Positions 8,640 through 16,113 of a stretch of DNA of 64,000 bases are shown piece after piece. The translations under genes and the position numbers were made by a program. Positions within the stretch are counted from its first letter, which is position 1; the number at the start of each line of letters is the position of its first letter. The DNA comes from Planctomycetota bacterium (GTDB lineage: Bacteria > Planctomycetota > MHYJ01 > JACPRB01). The stretch covers positions 1,008-65,007 of the forward strand of contig DASVNH010000224.1 in the NCBI GenBank assembly GCA_036383955.1, in the 5' to 3' direction. The notes beneath the pieces are model-generated. The model was not told the origin of the DNA. It was given only the letters and a program-made list of their open reading frames with translations, and searched no databases.

Positions 8640-9242
8640 ATGGCACATGAGTTGCGTCATCGGATCGTGAACATGGAACCGTGGAAGCGCGTGGAAGGCC
8701 TGGCGCTTTGGAGCCTGGAGAACGCCAACCAGCTGCCTCCCCGCGAGGTGACGCGCGGCATGGCGATCCTGCTTCGCCACTGGCGCTACCCCCGGTCCGG
8801 CGATCACGTCTCGTGGAGCCTCATCCTTCCGGCGCGCGACTACCGGACCCGGAGGGCGCTCCTGCGCGAAGTGGCGTGGGATCGGCTGGCCGACTGGAAG
8901 CGGATGAACGCGCCGCTGGAGGCGCTCAAGCGCCGGCAGGGGCAGGAGCCGTCCCTGCGCGTGCGCGACGCGGAGCTGGGCTGGGAGGAAATCGAGCCCT
9001 CGCTGCGCCGGCTGGGGGGCGTCAGCGGGACGATCCCGCCTTCGCGGGCGGGGGAAGCGTCCAAACTCGACGCCTTCGGCCTGCAAGGGTTCCGCTCGCT
9101 GGCGCATGTTACCCTCCGCTGGACCGGGAAGGGTCCGCGGTCCTGGTCGGACGCGCTCTCCGGCATCGGCAAGCTCCGGTCGGTCTTCGTCAAAGCCATG
9201 CGGGAGCGCGACCGGACCGGCCACGACGAGATATCAAAATGA
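8640..9242 (+). CDS. hypothetical protein (start uncertain: 8640 or 8673)
   Basis: A 200-aa ORF with G+C-rich third positions and no recognised family. Confidence 0.5.
   Translation: MAHELRHRIVNMEPWKRVEGLALWSLENANQLPPREVTRGMAILLRHWRYPRSGDHVSWSLILPARDYRTRRALLREVAWDRLADWKRMNAPLEALKRRQGQEPSLRVRDAELGWEEIEPSLRRLGGVSGTIPPSRAGEASKLDAFGLQGFRSLAHVTLRWTGKGPRSWSDALSGIGKLRSVFVKAMRERDRTGHDEISK
8641..8655 (+). promoter_or_regulatory. sigma-54 promoter-like element TGGCAC-ATGAG-TTGC
   Basis: Exact match to the -24/-12 core. It overlaps the first codons of track ORF 8640, and if functional the CDS would start at ATG 8673 with a very short leader. Confidence 0.35.
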
Positions 9243-9296
9243 GCTCCCGCCCGACCATCTTGATCGACCCCGCCGCCTCCGTCCCGAGGGAACGCG

Positions 9297-9311
9297 TGGC
9301 ACGCGCCTTGC
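9297..9311 (+). promoter_or_regulatory. sigma-54 promoter TGGCAC-GCGCC-TTGC
   Basis: Exact -24/-12 core with extended TGGCACG and TTGCG, as at 14449. It lies in the intergenic region about 210 nt upstream of the RRM protein gene. Confidence 0.6.
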
Positions 9312-9523
9312 GTTTGTGACCCGATGAGCGTCCGCATGGCGAAGAAGCGACACACGTCTAGGAAGAACGCGAAGCATCCCGGCGGCTTCTGGGATCGCAG
9401 CGAGGCGAGCCCGGCGATCATCTCCGTGCGGAACAACTCCTCCCGCCTGTCCCGCGCCTCGGCTTTCCTGCTCCGGCTCCTGGGGCTGGGACGTCGCGCG
9501 AAAAAGGATTGAAAGGGCATCCG

Positions 9524-9790
9524 ATGAATCTGCACGTAGGCAACCTGGCGGCCGGCATGACGGTGAAAGCGCTCCGCGAAGCCTTCGAGCCGCACGGGAA
9601 GGTCGGCGCCGTGACGATTCCCTCCACCGGCATGCACGAGGGGGAGGCGACCGGCACCCATCGCGGCTACGGCTTCGTCAGGATGCCGGACAAGGCCCAG
9701 GCCGTGGCGGCGGTCGCGGCGCTCCACCAGCGCCCCCTCGGCGGACAGGCCGTCACGGTTCAGCTGGCGCGGGCGCCTCGGCGCGGATGA
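9524..9790 (+). CDS. RNA-binding protein (RRM domain)
   Basis: RNP2 is LHVGNL and RNP1 is RGYGFVRM. 88 aa from ATG 9524; the track ORF starts at an upstream TTG at 9509. Confidence 0.85.
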   Translation: MNLHVGNLAAGMTVKALREAFEPHGKVGAVTIPSTGMHEGEATGTHRGYGFVRMPDKAQAVAAVAALHQRPLGGQAVTVQLARAPRRG

Positions 9791-10068
9791 TGAGCGAGAA
9801 ACTGCGCATGAGCACGCGCCGGCAATTCGGCGCGTCGTCCAACCGGGCCCGGCTGAATCGCGAGCTGGTGGACGCCGTCTCCGCCGCGGCGAAGATCTGC
9901 GACACCTGCCGCGAGATCCACGCGGATCTGGAGACGGATCCGGAGGGCGGGAATTTCGTGGAGGCCGCGAGCTTCCCCGGAGCGACCATCGACAAGCTCG
10001 ACGCCCACTTCCGGGCGCACTGGAAGGACGCGTACGAGCTCGTCACCGGCTCCGCGGCCAGGACTTGA
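9787..10068 (+). CDS. hypothetical protein
   Basis: A 93-aa ORF whose ATG overlaps the RRM gene stop (ATGATGA), suggesting coupling. No family recognised. Confidence 0.45.
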   Translation: MMSEKLRMSTRRQFGASSNRARLNRELVDAVSAAAKICDTCREIHADLETDPEGGNFVEAASFPGATIDKLDAHFRAHWKDAYELVTGSAART

Positions 10069-10071
10069 TTC

Positions 10072-10419
10072 CTACGGCTGGCGGGAGGGCCGCCGCTTCG
10101 CTTCCCTGACGGACTCCCGCGCGATCCGGGCGTAGTCTTCCAGGCGCTGGTCGGCGGCGTCGAACGCCTCGCGGATGGCCATGGGGATGTCTTCCCCGCT
10201 CTGGTGATTGATGACGATCCGCGACTCGGGGACGGCGAGGTAGACGCGGATCCGGAACCGGCCCGGCAGCGGATGCTGCCCGGGCCCGTCCACGACGACC
10301 CGGCACTGCTGCAGCTTCCCGAAGAAGTGCGCCAGCTTGTCCGCCCTCTCCCGCACGTGCCCGGCGAGATGCTCCGACAGCAGCTTCCCCGGATCCTCCA
10401 GCTTCAGGTCGACGCGCAT
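10072..10419 (-). CDS. hpf: ribosome hibernation promoting factor / sigma-54 modulation protein family (short HPF/RaiA)
   Basis: 115 aa with a beta-alpha-beta-beta-beta-alpha-type pattern (LSEHLAGHVRERADKL ... RIRVYLAVPE ... DIPMAIREAFDAADQRL). It sits directly downstream of groEL. Confidence 0.75.
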   Translation of the reverse strand: MRVDLKLEDPGKLLSEHLAGHVRERADKLAHFFGKLQQCRVVVDGPGQHPLPGRFRIRVYLAVPESRIVINHQSGEDIPMAIREAFDAADQRLEDYARIARESVREAKRRPSRQP

Positions 10420-10422
10420 GGC

Positions 10423-12060
10423 CTACATCCCTTCTTCCATCTGGCCCATTCCGCCCGCCGCGGCGGGAGCCTTCTCGGGGATCTCGGCAATGATCGCCCC
10501 GGTCGTCAGCAGCAGCGAGCTCACGCTCGCCGCGTTCTCGAGCGCGCAGCGCACGACTTTCGTCGGGTCGATGACGCCCGCCTTGAACATGTCGCCGTAT
10601 TCGAGGGTCTCGGCGTCGAAGCCGAAACTCGCGTCCTTCGATTCCATCACCTTGCTCACCACCACCCCGCCGTCCACCCCGGAATTCAGGGCGATCTGCT
10701 TGATCGGCGCCTCGACGGCCCGGCGGACGATGTCGATGCCGGTCTTTTCGTCGTCGTCGACGGCCTTGAGGCGGTCGAGCGCCTTCGCCGCCCGCAGGAG
10801 AGCCACGCCGCCTCCGGGCAGGATGCCCTCCTCGACGGCCGCCCGGGTCGCGTGAAGCGCGTCCTCGACGCGGAGCTTTTTCTGCTTCATCTCGACTTCC
10901 GTGGCCGCGCAGACCTTGAGCTGCGCGACGCCGCCGGCGAGCTTGGCCAGGCGTTCCTGGAGCTTCTCCTTGTCGTAGTCGGACGTCGTGGTTTCCATTT
11001 CCTTCTTGATCTGGGCGATGCGGCCCTGGATGGCCTTCGTCTCGCCGGCGCCCTCGATGATCGTGGTGTTCTCCTTCTCGACCACGACCTTCTTGGCGCG
11101 GCCCAGGAGGGTGAGGTCGACCTTCTGGAGGTCGATGCCCAGGTCCTCGAAGACGGCCCGGCCGCCGGTGAGGACGGCGATGTCCTCCATCAGGGCCTTG
11201 CGGCGGTCGCCGTAGCCCGGCGCCTTGACGGCGCAGATGTTGAGGGTGCCGCGGAGCTTGTTGACGACGAGGGTGGACAGCGCGTCGCCCTCGACGTCCT
11301 CGCTGAGGATGAGGAGAGGCTTGCCGGTCTTGGCGATCGCTTCGAGGAGCGGGATGAGGTCCTTCACCGCGGAGATCTTCTTCTCGTGCAGGAGGATGTA
11401 GCAGTCCTTCATCGTCACCTTCATTTCCTCGGGCTCGGTGACGAAGTACGGGGACAGGTAGCCCTTGTCGAACTGCATGCCTTCGACCCACTCGACGTAG
11501 GTCTCCAGGCCTTTGCCTTCCTCGACCGTGATGACGCCGTCCTTGCCGACCTTCAGCATGGCCTCGGCGAGCATCTTGCCGACGCTCTCGTCCCCGCCCG
11601 CGGCGATGGTGCCGACGTTGCGGACCTCCGAGATGTCGTCGAGCCGGACGGGCTTCGAGAGGCGCTTGAGCTCGGCCACGATCGCCTCGACGGCCTTGTC
11701 GACGCCCCGCTTGAGGGCGATCGGGTTGGCGCCCGCCGCGACGTTCTTGAGGCCTTCCTCGAAGAGAGCCTCGGCCAGCACGGTGGCGGTGGTGGTGCCG
11801 TCGCCGGCCACGTCGTTGGTCTTCGACGCGACCTCCTTCACCATCTGGGCGCCCATGTTCTCGAAGGGATCCTTGAGATCGATCTCTTTCGCGACGGTGA
11901 CGCCGTCGACCGAGACGACCGGGGCCCCCCACTTCTTCTCGAGGAGCACCGCGCGGCCGCGCGGCCCGAGCGTCACCTTGACGGCGCGGGCGAGCTGCTT
12001 CACGCCGCGGCGGACGGCCTCGCGGGCCTCCTGGTCGAACAGAATGCGTTTGGCGGTCAT
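10423..12060 (-). CDS. groEL: chaperonin GroEL (Cpn60)
   Basis: 545 aa with [27 protein letters not shown] and a C-terminal GGMG-type tail. Confidence 0.97.
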   Translation of the reverse strand: MTAKRILFDQEAREAVRRGVKQLARAVKVTLGPRGRAVLLEKKWGAPVVSVDGVTVAKEIDLKDPFENMGAQMVKEVASKTNDVAGDGTTTATVLAEALFEEGLKNVAAGANPIALKRGVDKAVEAIVAELKRLSKPVRLDDISEVRNVGTIAAGGDESVGKMLAEAMLKVGKDGVITVEEGKGLETYVEWVEGMQFDKGYLSPYFVTEPEEMKVTMKDCYILLHEKKISAVKDLIPLLEAIAKTGKPLLILSEDVEGDALSTLVVNKLRGTLNICAVKAPGYGDRRKALMEDIAVLTGGRAVFEDLGIDLQKVDLTLLGRAKKVVVEKENTTIIEGAGETKAIQGRIAQIKKEMETTTSDYDKEKLQERLAKLAGGVAQLKVCAATEVEMKQKKLRVEDALHATRAAVEEGILPGGGVALLRAAKALDRLKAVDDDEKTGIDIVRRAVEAPIKQIALNSGVDGGVVVSKVMESKDASFGFDAETLEYGDMFKAGVIDPTKVVRCALENAASVSSLLLTTGAIIAEIPEKAPAAAGGMGQMEEGM

Positions 12061-12070
12061 AGGGTCTCCG

Positions 12071-12364
12071 TTAGTTTCCGATCACGGCCAGGATTTCGCT
12101 CTCGTTCACGATCAGGTATTCCTTGCCGTCCAGCTTGACCTCGCTTCCGGCGTAGCCGCCGAAGAGGATCTTGTCGCCCTTCTTCACGTCGAGGGTCTTC
12201 ACCTCGCCGTTCGGGAGGACGCGGCCCGGCCCCACCGCGATGACGGTGCCCCGCATGGGCTTCTCCTTCGCGCTGTCCGGGATGACGATGCCGCCGGCGC
12301 TCTTGGTCTCGGCCGCTTCGCGCTCGACGACGACTTTTTCGTGCAGGGGTTTCAACGCAGACAC
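12071..12364 (-). CDS. groES: co-chaperonin GroES (Cpn10)
   Basis: [12 protein letters not shown]...[24 protein letters not shown]...[14 protein letters not shown] start at 12364, preceded by AAGGAGG. The longer 119-aa track ORF over-extends. Confidence 0.92.
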   Translation of the reverse strand: MSALKPLHEKVVVEREAAETKSAGGIVIPDSAKEKPMRGTVIAVGPGRVLPNGEVKTLDVKKGDKILFGGYAGSEVKLDGKEYLIVNESEILAVIGN

Positions 12365-12436
12365 GGGATGGCCTCCTTGCTCAACGGTGACGACCGGGAT
12401 CGCGGCCGAGGGCCGCGATCCCGGTGTCACGAACGC

Positions 12437-12595
12437 CTACTTCTTGTCGCTCTCGACGGCCGGAGCGGGAACCGGCGTCACGGCCGGCGCCGCGCCCGGC
12501 AGGACGACCGGCGCGACCGTCGTCGCGGCCGGAATCTGGGTCACGGGAGCGCCGGCGGCCGCGGCCGTCAGGGTCACGGGCTTGGTCTCTTCCAT
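12437..12595 (-). CDS. possible 52-aa Ala/Pro/Val/Thr-rich small protein upstream of groES
   Basis: MEETKPVTLTAAAAGAPVTQIPAATTVAPVVLPGAAPAVTPVPAPAVESDKK, taken from the tail of the spurious ORF 12437..14476. Low-complexity, so it may be non-coding leader. Confidence 0.2.
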   Translation of the reverse strand: MEETKPVTLTAAAAGAPVTQIPAATTVAPVVLPGAAPAVTPVPAPAVESDKK

Positions 12596-12652
12596 GGGGG
12601 GGGCTCCGATCAAAAGCGGATCCCGTCGAACGACGGGACCTTCTGGAGTAGA

Positions 12653-12667
12653 GCAATCGGCGGGCCA
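12653..12667 (-). promoter_or_regulatory. near-consensus sigma-54 element TGGCCC-GCCGA-TTGC upstream of groES
   Basis: The plus strand reads GCAA-TCGGC-GGGCCA. GG and GC are at the correct spacing, with one deviation in the -24 box. It is divergent from the sigma-54 activator gene. Confidence 0.25.
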
Positions 12668-12808
12668 CGCCCGCGCGAGGGCCGCGAAGCGGGCCGGGCT
12701 CCGGCGACGTCCAAAATGATCTATTCGGCGGCTCACTTTGATCGCTCCGGCCGGGATTAGGCTTAGGCGCCGCCGACGCGGACTGCTACAGTGAGCCCAT
12801 GGTGACGT

Positions 12809-14434
12809 ATGCGCGTTGACGCCCTCGATCAGAAAGAGCTGCTCGAACTGGATCCGGCGGGAGGCCTCATCCACTTCGCGGGCCAGCGCGCGCTCATCAT
12901 CGACGCCGTGGCGCAAGGACTGCTGCGGAAGGAGCTCATCGACACCCTCGGCGTCCGGGTGGCCCAGGGCATCCTGAGCCGCTTCGGCTACGTCCATGGG
13001 CGGCGCATGGCGGAAGCCATGCGGACCCAGTTCAAGTGGGACAGCGAAGACGACTGGCGCCGCGCGGGCGCCCGGATCTACGCCCTGCAGGGGCTCTTCA
13101 TGCTGGAGCCCGGGGAGCCCGAAGGGGGGACGTGGCGCGTCTCCTACGAGGCCGAGCAGCACATCCTCCACCTGGGCCTCGCCGACTATCCCGTCTGCTG
13201 GACGCTCAGCGGCCTGGTCAGCGGCTACCTGAGCTTCGCCACGGGGAGCGAAGTCTACGCGCTGGAAGACCGCTGCATGGGAAAGGGCGACACGGCGTGC
13301 CACGTCACCATCAAGCCGATCGACCAGTGGGGGAAGGACGTCGGCGACCGCCTGTCCGTGTTCAAACGCGAAGGCCTCGATTCCGCGCTGGAGGACGTCG
13401 CCCGGGCCCTCAAGCGGACCGAACGCATGCTTCTCGAGCGGACGCGCAAGCTGGCGCAGGTGGCCGCGGTCGAGGAGGATCCCGCGGGCATCGTGGCGCG
13501 GAGCCCGGAGATGCGCCGGGTCATGACGCTGGCCGCCACGATCGCGAAAGTCGACTCGACGGTGCTCGTCACGGGCGAGAGCGGCACCGGGAAGGAGCGC
13601 GTCGCGCGCTTCGTCCACGACCACTCGGCGCGGGCGGACGGCCCGTTCGTGGCGGTCAATTGCGGCGCGATCAGCGAGACGCTCCTGGAGAGCGAGCTGT
13701 TCGGGCACGCCCGGGGGGCCTTCACCGGCGCGACCTCCGACCGGCCCGGCCTGTTCGAGGCGGCCAACGGCGGGACCCTCTTCCTGGACGAGGTCGGCGA
13801 GATCTCCCCGGCCATGCAGGTCAAGCTCCTGCGGGCGCTGCAGGAACGGGAAGTGCGCCGGGTGGGAGAGAACAAGAGCCGCCCGTTCAACGCCCGCATC
13901 CTCACGGCGACGAACAAGGATCTGCTCGCCGAAGTGGCCGGGAAGCGGTTCCGGGATGATCTCTACTACAGACTGAAAGTGATGGAGCTGGCGGTGCCCC
14001 CGCTCCGCGACCGGAAGGAAGACCTGCTTCCGCTGGCGAGGATCCTCCTCGCCGAAGCGACGCTGCGGATGAAGCGCGCGGTCGCGGGCCTCACGGGCCC
14101 GGTCGCCGACCGGCTCCTGGGATATCGCTGGCCGGGCAACGTGCGCGAGCTGGCGAACGTCATGGAGCGCGCCGCCGCGGTGGCGACGGGCGACCGCGTG
14201 GACCTGGAGGATCTTCCGCCCGAGGTGAGGTCGGCGGCCCCGGCCGCCCCGCCGGGCACCGTCCGCCCGCTCAGCGCCATCGAAAGGGACTACATCCTGT
14301 CCATTCTGGAGGCCAAGGGCGGAAATCGCAAGCAGGCGGCGAAGTCGCTCAAGATCGGCATCGCCACGCTCCAGCGCAAACTGAAGTCCTACGCCGCTCC
14401 CCCCTCCTCCCCTTCCCGCCCCACCCCGGAATAG
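12809..14434 (+). CDS. sigma-54-dependent transcriptional activator (XylR-N/V4R sensor + AAA+ + Fis-type HTH)
   Basis: 541 aa with Walker A GESGTGKE, the GAFTGA loop, ELFGHARGAFTGA, a RWPGNVRELANV block and a C-terminal HTH (GGNRKQAAKSLKIGIATLQRKL). The N-terminal 200 aa resemble the XylR/DmpR-type effector domain. Confidence 0.9.
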   Translation: MRVDALDQKELLELDPAGGLIHFAGQRALIIDAVAQGLLRKELIDTLGVRVAQGILSRFGYVHGRRMAEAMRTQFKWDSEDDWRRAGARIYALQGLFMLEPGEPEGGTWRVSYEAEQHILHLGLADYPVCWTLSGLVSGYLSFATGSEVYALEDRCMGKGDTACHVTIKPIDQWGKDVGDRLSVFKREGLDSALEDVARALKRTERMLLERTRKLAQVAAVEEDPAGIVARSPEMRRVMTLAATIAKVDSTVLVTGESGTGKERVARFVHDHSARADGPFVAVNCGAISETLLESELFGHARGAFTGATSDRPGLFEAANGGTLFLDEVGEISPAMQVKLLRALQEREVRRVGENKSRPFNARILTATNKDLLAEVAGKRFRDDLYYRLKVMELAVPPLRDRKEDLLPLARILLAEATLRMKRAVAGLTGPVADRLLGYRWPGNVRELANVMERAAAVATGDRVDLEDLPPEVRSAAPAAPPGTVRPLSAIERDYILSILEAKGGNRKQAAKSLKIGIATLQRKLKSYAAPPSSPSRPTPE

Positions 14435-14448
14435 CGGCGGAAAGCCGG

Positions 14449-14463
14449 TGGCACGCGGCTTGC
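14449..14463 (+). promoter_or_regulatory. sigma-54 promoter TGGCAC-GCGGC-TTGC
   Basis: Exact -24/-12 core 15 nt after the activator stop. It is followed by an AGGAGG RBS (14483-14488) and the ATG at 14494. Confidence 0.7.
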
Positions 14464-14493
14464 GAACATCCTCCACAGGCGACAGGAGGATTC

Positions 14494-14781
14494 ATGTTGG
14501 ATCGCGCCAAGGCGAAGATCACGACGCGGCGAGTCCCGTTTCAGGTGAAGGCGCCCGGAGCCCAGGACGTCCGCGTGACGGGCGACTTCATCCGCTGGGG
14601 CGTGGAAGGCATCCCGCTGGGCCATGATGGCACGGGGCTCTGGCGCACCATGCTCCCCCTGGAGCCCGGAGAGTACCAGTACCGCCTCCTCGTCGACGGG
14701 GTGTGGAGCGACCACGCGGAAGCGACCGAGCATGTGCCGAACCCCTTCGGCTCCAGGAACGGGCTCCTGAAGGTCGTCTAG
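14494..14781 (+). CDS. CBM48 / E-set (AMPK-beta / isoamylase N-terminal-like) glycogen-binding-domain protein
   Basis: 95 aa with VPFQVKAPGAQDVRVTGDF..W....L...GTGLWRTMLPLEPGEYQYRLLVDGVW..D, the typical single-domain CBM48 pattern. Confidence 0.7.
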   Translation: MLDRAKAKITTRRVPFQVKAPGAQDVRVTGDFIRWGVEGIPLGHDGTGLWRTMLPLEPGEYQYRLLVDGVWSDHAEATEHVPNPFGSRNGLLKVV

Positions 14782-14787
14782 CCGGCC

Positions 14788-15408
14788 ATGATGGAAATGA
14801 GCGTCCAGAGGGTCGACGTGCTGAAGCGCTATCCCAAGGCCTTCGCGGCCGGGCTGGTCGTCCGCCCGATGGAGGCCTCGGACGAACCGGCGCTACTGGC
14901 CTTCTTCAAGCGGGTTCCGGTCGACGAGCGCCAGCTCTTCCAGGAAGATGTGACCCAGCCCGCCGTCATCCGGGGATGGATCCGCGACCCCGATCACGGC
15001 CGCGTCCTCCATCTCCTGGCGCTCCGAGGCGCGCGGATCGTCGCCCACGCCACGCTCCGTCGCGACGTCGGCGGATGGGCCCGCCACCTGGGCCGGATGA
15101 GGCTGACGATCGACCCCGACTGCCGCCGCCAGGGCCTGGCCCGCCGGCTGGCGCTGGAATTCATGGCCCTGGCCGAACCCCTGGGGCTGGCCGTCCTGGA
15201 GGCCGAAGTCCTCGACGTCCAGAAGCCCGCGATGCTTTTCTTCGAGGCCATGGGGTTTCAGGGCGTGGCGACGCTTCCGCAGCACGCCATCGACCTCGGC
15301 GGGCGCGTCCACGACATGCGCGTCTACGCCCAGACGCTCAACCTTCCTGAAGGCCTGGCGCCGGAAGCCCGGTTGAAGGAAGCGGACGCGGACATCGGCG
15401 GCGGATAG
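14788..15408 (+). CDS. GNAT family N-acetyltransferase
   Basis: 206 aa. The acetyl-CoA motif A is RRQGLARRL, followed by LEAEVL....A..FFEAMGF. Confidence 0.7.
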   Translation: MMEMSVQRVDVLKRYPKAFAAGLVVRPMEASDEPALLAFFKRVPVDERQLFQEDVTQPAVIRGWIRDPDHGRVLHLLALRGARIVAHATLRRDVGGWARHLGRMRLTIDPDCRRQGLARRLALEFMALAEPLGLAVLEAEVLDVQKPAMLFFEAMGFQGVATLPQHAIDLGGRVHDMRVYAQTLNLPEGLAPEARLKEADADIGGG

Positions 15409-15419
15409 GCGCCGAAGAG

Positions 15420-16106
15420 ATGATCGTCCTGCGAAGGTCCGAAGAGCGCCGGCATGTCAGGAGTCGAGTCCACGACACCTGGATGTCGTTCGACCCGGAC
15501 CGGTCCGCCGACCCCTTTCGACGCGGCTTTCACGCGCTCGAAACGCTCAATGAGGACCTTCTCTCGCCGGAGATGTCCCTTTACTCGACCCCGCGGCCGG
15601 GCGTCGACGTCGTGACCTACGTCCAGGAAGGCACGTGGATCCGTCCGATCGCGGGTCACCTGGAGGCCGGAGAATTCGAGCGCGCGAGCGACCCTCGCGG
15701 AGGACGGCACCCCGCTCCCTCCGGAGCGTCCGCCGCGACCGCTCGCGTATTCCAGAGTTGCATTACGGCGACGGGCGTCGCCTCCGGGCCGGCCCTCGAG
15801 CGGCGGCGCTTTCCGAGGGCGGACCGAGAGGGCATCCTTCGGATCGTCGTCTCCCCGGACGGCCGGGAGAACTCGCTCCGCCTCCGTCAGGACGTCCGTC
15901 TGTATTCCTCGGTCCTGCTGCCGGGCCACCATCTGATCCACGAGCTGACCGAAGGCCGAGGGGCCTGGCTGCAGGTGATCACGGGAAGCGTCCGTCTCCA
16001 TGATCACCACCTCCGCGCCGGAGACGGCGCGGCTCTGGAGGTCGAGCCGGCGGTGGCCCTGACCGCCTGCGAGGCGTCCGAGATCCTTCTATTCGACCTC
16101 GCTTGA
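15420..16106 (+). CDS. pirin-family (bicupin) protein, possibly lacking canonical metal ligands
   Basis: 228 aa with a pirin-like N-terminus (RRSEERRHV....W.SF...) and LNEDLL..E. Where pirins have HPH..-E.VTYV, this protein reads TPRPGVDVVTYV. Confidence 0.65.
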   Translation: MIVLRRSEERRHVRSRVHDTWMSFDPDRSADPFRRGFHALETLNEDLLSPEMSLYSTPRPGVDVVTYVQEGTWIRPIAGHLEAGEFERASDPRGGRHPAPSGASAATARVFQSCITATGVASGPALERRRFPRADREGILRIVVSPDGRENSLRLRQDVRLYSSVLLPGHHLIHELTEGRGAWLQVITGSVRLHDHHLRAGDGAALEVEPAVALTACEASEILLFDLA

Positions 16107-16113
16107 GGGGGCC

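Noticed and set aside
12596-12808. CIRCE/HrcA operator upstream of groES.
   Set aside because: No TTAGCACTC-N9-GAGTGCTAA-like inverted repeat is visible in the region.
12437-14476. 679-aa ORF antisense to the sigma-54 activator.
   Set aside because: The plus-strand ORF has unmistakable AAA+/GAFTGA/HTH motifs and the antisense product has none. Only its last 52 codons (12437..12595) are kept, as a very low-confidence small ORF.
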